Shown one piece after another: positions 14,931 through 20,000 of a stretch of DNA of 20,000 nt. Where the stretch lies: IMG/VR virus record IMGVR_UViG_3300030708_001148, one strand, 5' to 3'. The DNA is from an uncultured virus (IMG/VR IMGVR_UViG_3300030708_001148). Taxonomy: Duplodnaviria > Heunggongvirae > Uroviricota > Caudoviricetes. The stretch's first letter is position 1; each line of letters starts with the position of its first letter. The notes beneath the pieces were generated by a model. The model did no database searches and was not told the DNA's origin. It worked only from the letters and a program-made list of their open reading frames with translations. The position numbers and the translations under genes were made by a program.

Positions 14931-16169
14931 TCACCTTCCCTCCGTAATTCTGTGTATGTCATCCCATGACATATCAGCCGCTTCATCTAGCGTAGTTGGG
15001 AATCCTTCTGGAAGTTCAAAAGAAACTTCCTGTGCCTTGCGTATCTCACCATCGTTCTCTGATAGTGACTTTCGGAGTTCTGCAAACTCTTCCTTTAGTA
15101 GAGAAACTTCGGTCCTTGCATCGTATTCTGCTCTCTCAGCAGATTCCTTTCTTACTTCTCTCTCAGCCTCAAACCTTTCAGCAAACTGCTTTTGCAGGTC
15201 ATCGTATGCAATCTTCTCCAATTGCTCTGCTTTGTAAGCCTCGTAAGCCTTCTCCACATTCTCTACAGATAAGTTCAGAGTTGAGAAGTCTCCATCCTCA
15301 AATCCCTTTAGGGCAATTGTGGATGCCGCAGGAGTTCCGCCACTTACGACTTCTGTACCTGCTTCATTCCTTGCACCTTCTTCATCAAGAGCCGCATTCT
15401 TTTTTGGTGCGCCTCCTTCTTCCTCTTCCTCATCAGACTTTTCTGCTTTGGCTTCGTTACCATACTGCATACTCATCTGCTCATCCTCGGTTTCAGGCAA
15501 GTCAAGGACTTCTTCTTCATCCATCTTTTCCTTTGCCATCTCATCATTTCCTTCCTTACGAATCTCATTGACTTGACCAATCAAATCGTTGAGTTCAGTA
15601 AGGGCTTTTTCCAGTTTTTCACTCATTTGTTTTTCACCTCCAACATCTTGTTTCAAAATGTCGAATTTTGCTTCCGGGTTAATTCCTTTTTCACAGATTG
15701 TTACTTCATGTAATTCTAACTTGTCTATTTCGTTGTATGTTCCTAGACTGTCAGATGTTCTGCTTTTCTTAGAAATTGCTTGCCCTCCTATACTAAATGA
15801 CCTAAGTGTCCCTTTTCGGATACCTCTAGAAATCTCCTTTGCCTTCTCTATATCATCTCTCATCTTAATGACGACATAGAAACCAACGTCATCTACACCA
15901 GTCTTGTGTAGTATACCGTTGTTATCTCGGTAGTTTTCTATTACCTCCCCGACTTGAACATTTGAATGGTTAGACATTACATTCCTGTATTTCTTTTCTC
16001 CCATGTATTTGTTAACTGCATCATCTAGTGCTTCTAATGTAATTAGGTCGTTCTGCTTGTCAACAACCTCTATTGATGCATACCCTCCGATTACTAGTCC
16101 ACTTGCTGATTTTAGTATGTCAAAAAATCCTTCACCACTCTTCAATAGTATTCCCTCGGAGGCTAACAC
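14931..16169 (-). CDS. Prohead protease fused to acidic scaffold (412 aa)
   Basis: HK97-type protease motifs 'VIGGYASIEVVDKQNDLI', 'VMSNHSNVQVG' (His), 'LRSFSIGG' (Ser), 'LHEVTICEKGINPEA'; acidic coiled-coil C-terminal half. Confidence 0.9.
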   Translation of the reverse strand: MLASEGILLKSGEGFFDILKSASGLVIGGYASIEVVDKQNDLITLEALDDAVNKYMGEKKYRNVMSNHSNVQVGEVIENYRDNNGILHKTGVDDVGFYVVIKMRDDIEKAKEISRGIRKGTLRSFSIGGQAISKKSRTSDSLGTYNEIDKLELHEVTICEKGINPEAKFDILKQDVGGEKQMSEKLEKALTELNDLIGQVNEIRKEGNDEMAKEKMDEEEVLDLPETEDEQMSMQYGNEAKAEKSDEEEEEGGAPKKNAALDEEGARNEAGTEVVSGGTPAASTIALKGFEDGDFSTLNLSVENVEKAYEAYKAEQLEKIAYDDLQKQFAERFEAEREVRKESAERAEYDARTEVSLLKEEFAELRKSLSENDGEIRKAQEVSFELPEGFPTTLDEAADMSWDDIHRITEGR

Positions 16170-16185
16170 TCCCCGAAAATCTAAA

Positions 16186-16208
16186 GTTTTACTATATCAA
16201 CGATTTGG
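16186..16208 (-). promoter_or_regulatory. Possible archaeal TATA-like promoter upstream of the protease/capsid genes
   Basis: In the 39-nt gap, the - strand reads CCAAATCG-TTGATATA-GTAAAA, with TTGATATA (16200-16193) about 24-31 nt upstream of the GTG. Imperfect match to a TATA box. Confidence 0.3.
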
Positions 16209-18776
16209 TTATTCTGGAAATGGTAAACTAGCGAATCTATCTTTAGTAATGTCTCTCAATTCCTCATCTCCCTTGTTTGTAAGCATATCCTGCTTCTTTC
16301 CTGTCCATGCCAACCAAGTTCTTTTTTCATTTACAGGTATTACTCTAAAATGCATACGAGTCTTGAATTTATCACCATCTAAACGATACTCATGATACCC
16401 TTCTTTCTGCATTCCAAACTTCAAGTCTCCCTCATCAATTGTAATTCCATCTCCTGTAGTCTTAGCAACTATTGCAGGATACTTACCAGACTTACCAAAC
16501 AGGTCGTAGATATCTGCTGATTTCTCTAATCTAATAGTCCATGCATTTGTGGAGTCGCCCAACTTGATAATGAAATCTAAATTACCATCCTTTCTTTTCT
16601 TTAGAATGAAAGTTCCCTCATCGGTTTCTTCTTTAATTATTATACCCTCATCGGTTTTGAAAGTCATATTCTTACCATTGAAAACTAATCCGTGTTTATC
16701 CTGTTCCTTTAGGAATTCTAACAGTTTACTGTCATTGCTCTCAAATATATCTTCAAATGGCTCCACTAAATGTATCTTAACCCATTCAAGTATTTCATTG
16801 AAATGCATAGGTTTGTTTCCCTTTCTTCTAATGTAATCTATTACTCCAACTCTAAAATCCTCAGTAGCCTTCTCCAGCATTTCATCTAGTTGATTCTTCC
16901 AGAGTTCAAGGTTGTATAGTGCGTTTTTCTCCATCAACTTATCACCTTCAAACCCATATATCGTGTATCCTTCGTAATTAGACTTGAGAATTATTTCTGC
17001 TTCTCCATGTATGTTGTCTGTGATATAGAACGACTTCTTCTCTTCCTTCCTATTTTTGAGTCCACTTCTAACCTTGAATGCCCTCCCTACATCTCTAGAC
17101 AGTTCTGGTAGTTCAGTAACCAATGCTAGTGATTTCTTTGTCTTCTTGGACAATTGCTCTAGTGTCTCTATCTTGTCCGGTAGTTCTACTTCCGGTATCT
17201 CAATAAGTTTCGCTGAATAAAGACTGTAGCCGTCTTTTTTCTTCTTTACCTCATCTACTTTGACCCTGATGATTGAACCTACCTGTACCGACTTCTTTGT
17301 ATTCAGAGCCTTACCTACCACCAGATATTCTTCTCCATCTAAAATAACTGTATTCATTCCCTCTGCATCTTCTTCCATCAATGGCCCTATTCCCATAGTG
17401 TACGAATGCAGATTGTTTCCTGTCTTACTCTTATCTAGAACTATTACATCCAAATCAACGAACTTCTTCCACTTAATCCATTTTGGATTCTTCTTTACTC
17501 CACGATAGTATGTGGATTCTATATCCTTTATCACCACTCCCTCAGAAGCAGGTAGTTCCATTATTGCTCTTGAGTACTCTTCCACTTCATCAATAGAGTC
17601 AGCAATCCTAGTATCCTTCTTGGATGGGAAAGCCAAATCTTCCGAGGAATGTTCTGCATATTGGTAGAAAAGTATGTTGATTCTTTCTCTGAGAGTGTCC
17701 TCTATGATAGATTTGTCATCATGTTTCATTATGTCAAAAACATGCGCTCTCAAATCACCATCGGTTCCTTTCTTGAATACGTGTTTGACTGTATCTGCTC
17801 TATGAAGAGGCTCACCATCCTTGAACAATAATAGTTCTGCATCCAATATGCAATTTTGGAACGCCTTGTTCTTCATTGCCTCGACTTGCTTGGGACATTT
17901 ATCAGTGATATCTTTCTCATTGAAGGAATATATCTTTATCTTGTCCTTTATCTTGTGAATCTGTATTCTCATACCATCATACTTCTCTTGTACGATGAAC
18001 TCTCCACTTAGTCCCTTCAATGATTTCATATCATCAATCTCAAAGATTCTGTACATCGGCTTATTGGGTATTAGGAAACCTAGTTTCTCATCTTCTGATT
18101 TTTCTGCCTTAGCAATGTCCAACTGCACTAGATTCTTCCAGTCCTCTCCACCGTATTTCTCATTGAATAGTTCCTTCAAGTCCCTATACAGAGTCTTGAA
18201 CTTGGATTTTAATCTCTTAGTGTCTTTGTCATCACCATAGTGTTCTGAGATGTACAGTGGAATATCCTTTGGCTCTAAGTCCAAACCCGGAACTCCCATC
18301 GTTATTTCATCGGGTTTGAAACCATGCTTATCCAACAATTTGTCAGGTAGTGTGTTTGAGTGAGAGCGTAATGCATAGTGAATGAAGGAAATGAACAAGG
18401 AATCGTTTTCAAGTAAAGCATCAACTACCTTGTCGTTTCCTATCTGCTTACCAAATGGGTCACTAACCTCATCTGATTTGAAGCGCATTTCTTTAATTGC
18501 CTTGTATAGTTTCTCAGCCTGTACGCTTTCTGGATTCATGGCTTCCTTTTCAAAAGGCAGTTCTTCGTCTATGTACTTCTTTAGTTCCCTTGCGAAATCA
18601 TTCAGAGAATCAAATTGCTTCTGTATTGACTTTACCGTTTCTCTCCACTTACTGCCATACTCAGCAGGGTCTTCCTTTGCGGAAAGATACGAGAATCTAA
18701 CTTTCTCAAAAAAAGTTAGTATACGCTTGGTTAGATGCTTGTCTTTCTTGTCAAACATTAAACCGGAACGTGGCAT
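16209..18776 (-). CDS. lig: Multidomain ATP-dependent DNA ligase (855 aa)
   Basis: Motif I QEKYDGMR, III ILDAEL, IIIa HVFDIM, IV SEGVVIK, V WIKWKK, then OB domain (DLDVIVL...); about 230-aa N-terminal helical extension and about 300-aa C-terminal extension. Confidence 0.9.
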   Translation of the reverse strand: MPRSGLMFDKKDKHLTKRILTFFEKVRFSYLSAKEDPAEYGSKWRETVKSIQKQFDSLNDFARELKKYIDEELPFEKEAMNPESVQAEKLYKAIKEMRFKSDEVSDPFGKQIGNDKVVDALLENDSLFISFIHYALRSHSNTLPDKLLDKHGFKPDEITMGVPGLDLEPKDIPLYISEHYGDDKDTKRLKSKFKTLYRDLKELFNEKYGGEDWKNLVQLDIAKAEKSEDEKLGFLIPNKPMYRIFEIDDMKSLKGLSGEFIVQEKYDGMRIQIHKIKDKIKIYSFNEKDITDKCPKQVEAMKNKAFQNCILDAELLLFKDGEPLHRADTVKHVFKKGTDGDLRAHVFDIMKHDDKSIIEDTLRERINILFYQYAEHSSEDLAFPSKKDTRIADSIDEVEEYSRAIMELPASEGVVIKDIESTYYRGVKKNPKWIKWKKFVDLDVIVLDKSKTGNNLHSYTMGIGPLMEEDAEGMNTVILDGEEYLVVGKALNTKKSVQVGSIIRVKVDEVKKKKDGYSLYSAKLIEIPEVELPDKIETLEQLSKKTKKSLALVTELPELSRDVGRAFKVRSGLKNRKEEKKSFYITDNIHGEAEIILKSNYEGYTIYGFEGDKLMEKNALYNLELWKNQLDEMLEKATEDFRVGVIDYIRRKGNKPMHFNEILEWVKIHLVEPFEDIFESNDSKLLEFLKEQDKHGLVFNGKNMTFKTDEGIIIKEETDEGTFILKKRKDGNLDFIIKLGDSTNAWTIRLEKSADIYDLFGKSGKYPAIVAKTTGDGITIDEGDLKFGMQKEGYHEYRLDGDKFKTRMHFRVIPVNEKRTWLAWTGKKQDMLTNKGDEELRDITKDRFASLPFPE

Positions 18777-18785
18777 TCATTTCAC

Positions 18786-19001
18786 TCAGCCTTCGTTAAT
18801 GTCTCCGGCTTGGGCTTTATTTGCATCTTTGGGAATCTTAGTCTTCTCTTCTTTCGCCTTTGGCCTCTTGACCTTTACAATCTCAGATTCATCTTTCACC
18901 ATCATGCCATTATTCTCTCCTAGTTCAACTAGAAGTTCCTTTGCCTTAGCGATAGCCGCTTCTGCTAATTCCAACTTTCTTGTGTTCTTTCCATAATCCA
19001 T
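18786..19001 (-). CDS. Small Lys/Glu-rich hypothetical protein (71 aa)
   Basis: AGTGA RBS; tightly packed between neighbours; contains IAKA motif. Confidence 0.7.
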   Translation of the reverse strand: MDYGKNTRKLELAEAAIAKAKELLVELGENNGMMVKDESEIVKVKRPKAKEEKTKIPKDANKAQAGDINEG

Positions 19002-19005
19002 CTTA

Positions 19006-19236
19006 TCACTTCAAATTTCCAGCCATCTTGTGTATTTCATCCCAAGACATTTCTCCTACGGTATCAGTAGTAATGCCACTCGTAGGAGTGTTCTCTATAT
19101 GTGGCTTTGGGCTTTCATGTACCACAAACCCTGACTTCATCAACAAGTTATCCTTGTTGTATACCGCTTGTTCTAGATTCTTCACTTTGTCTACTAGTTC
19201 CTTTAGTAGAATTAACATTTCATTTTCTTCACTCAT
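19006..19236 (-). CDS. Small coiled-coil protein with scaffold-like C-terminal motif (~76 aa)
   Basis: Probable ATG at 19236 after GAGGT RBS; 'LILLKELVDKVKNLEQAVY' coiled coil, 'LLMKSGF', C-terminal 'MSWDEIHKM'. Confidence 0.75.
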   Translation of the reverse strand: MSEENEMLILLKELVDKVKNLEQAVYNKDNLLMKSGFVVHESPKPHIENTPTSGITTDTVGEMSWDEIHKMAGNLK

Positions 19237-19405
19237 ATTCAAACCTCTTGTTTAACGCATCTTTTCTTCTGTCACAGCCACAGTCTTTACCTGTCTTTTC
19301 TGAGATATAATCAACTGCCTTCTTTATCCCTGTAGCAGTAGTGATTCTCTCGATGGTATCTCCTAAGCCTTTGTCGTCTTTTAGAAGTGCATCTTTCCAA
19401 CTCAT
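19229..19405 (-). CDS. Small CGC-motif phage protein (58 aa; missing from ORF track)
   Basis: ATG 19405 to TGA 19231-19229: MSWKDALLKDDKGLGDTIERITTATGIKKAVDYISEKTGKDCGCDRRKDALNKRFEYE; fills the gap exactly and overlaps the next start. Confidence 0.8.
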   Translation of the reverse strand: MSWKDALLKDDKGLGDTIERITTATGIKKAVDYISEKTGKDCGCDRRKDALNKRFEYE

Positions 19406-19411
19406 TTAATA

Positions 19412-19999
19412 TCAACTATCCCTATATCCTAATGACCTTGCGCCACTTGCAAACCTATTCCCTGCGGCTGTTGCTCTATCTTGCCGAATTTCTTCCTCAG
19501 TCATATCACCGTAATCTTCCTCATATTCAGCATATTTCTCAAAGACATCAAGAATTGCCTTCGTAAACGTTCTTACTCCACCACTTGAATTAGGCCAATT
19601 TTTTATACCTAACTTGGCATCAATTTTCTTCTTACCCCCTTTAGTAGTCATTTCTAACTCATGTATTTTATAGAAGTCTATTGCCATGCGAGGAATATCA
19701 GGGTTATTATTATCATAATACATATCAGGGTTGTCTGGTAAATATTTGATGGTTAGACTATCTGTGCCATATCCACCGTAGTCGCCAACAAAGGGAGATT
19801 CCATATCAGTTATGACTAACTCATGCCCGAATGAATCCTGACCACCCGAACCATCATACTGTTCATATTCTTCGGGTGTAAGAGTAGTAAACTGACGATA
19901 TCTACTTCGTCTAATGATTGCCTTATCCTGTGGTCTTGTTGAATACTTGTAGTTATGCACAGCATTTTCGTAATACCTATCATATTTTATTTCAAATCC
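19412..19999 (-). CDS. Hypothetical protein (partial, start beyond the right edge)
   Basis: The frame stays open upstream of the track's GTG at 19960 (…GFEIKYDRYYENAVHNY…) to the window end. Confidence 0.7.
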   Translation of the reverse strand, partial: GFEIKYDRYYENAVHNYKYSTRPQDKAIIRRSRYRQFTTLTPEEYEQYDGSGGQDSFGHELVITDMESPFVGDYGGYGTDSLTIKYLPDNPDMYYDNNNPDIPRMAIDFYKIHELEMTTKGGKKKIDAKLGIKNWPNSSGGVRTFTKAILDVFEKYAEYEEDYGDMTEEEIRQDRATAAGNRFASGARSLGYRDS

Positions 20000-20000
20000 T

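Noticed and set aside
16209..18776. Intein or homing endonuclease explaining the long ligase
   Set aside because: Ligase motifs I-V are contiguous, and no intein terminal motifs or LAGLIDADG/HNH signature were seen.
19..19310. All plus-strand ORFs in the track (e.g. 14996-15571, 18382-18996, 14791-15237)
   Set aside because: Each is antisense to a well-supported minus-strand gene, has Ser/Phe/Leu-rich shadow composition and no recognisable motif.
1..20000. CRISPR array, tRNA/rRNA, IS element or DGR repeats
   Set aside because: The window is almost fully coding with gaps under 90 nt; no spaced direct repeats, cloverleaf, transposase or reverse transcriptase was seen.

Overview
The whole window is a tightly packed, minus-strand virion morphogenesis operon of a tailed (Caudoviricetes, HK97-fold) virus. 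GGTGA/GAGGTG ribosome-binding sites, the style of the capsid and protease proteins, and an ATP-dependent DNA ligase next to the prohead protease point to an archaeal virus, most plausibly magrovirus-like (Marine Group II/Poseidoniales host; inference, not searched). In transcription order (right to left): several small proteins, a multidomain DNA ligase, prohead protease-scaffold, major capsid protein, two small capsid-associated proteins and a SAP-domain protein, a five-gene cassette centred on an Arf/Sar1-like small GTPase with membrane proteins, a large acidic unknown, head-tail adaptor, tail terminator, tail tube, a tail assembly chaperone with a clear -1 frameshift signal, tape measure and tail-tip proteins. 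The most notable observations are: (1) the GTPase/membrane cassette, a candidate undescribed membrane-remodelling or egress system; (2) a ligase fused to winged-helix-like and LigD-phosphoesterase-like domains; (3) a shared MSWxD(I/A)/(I/L)xK peptide code suggesting capsid targeting and protease processing; (4) structured intergenic RNA elements; (5) apparent absence of GATC and AGCT. All assignments come from motif recognition by eye.
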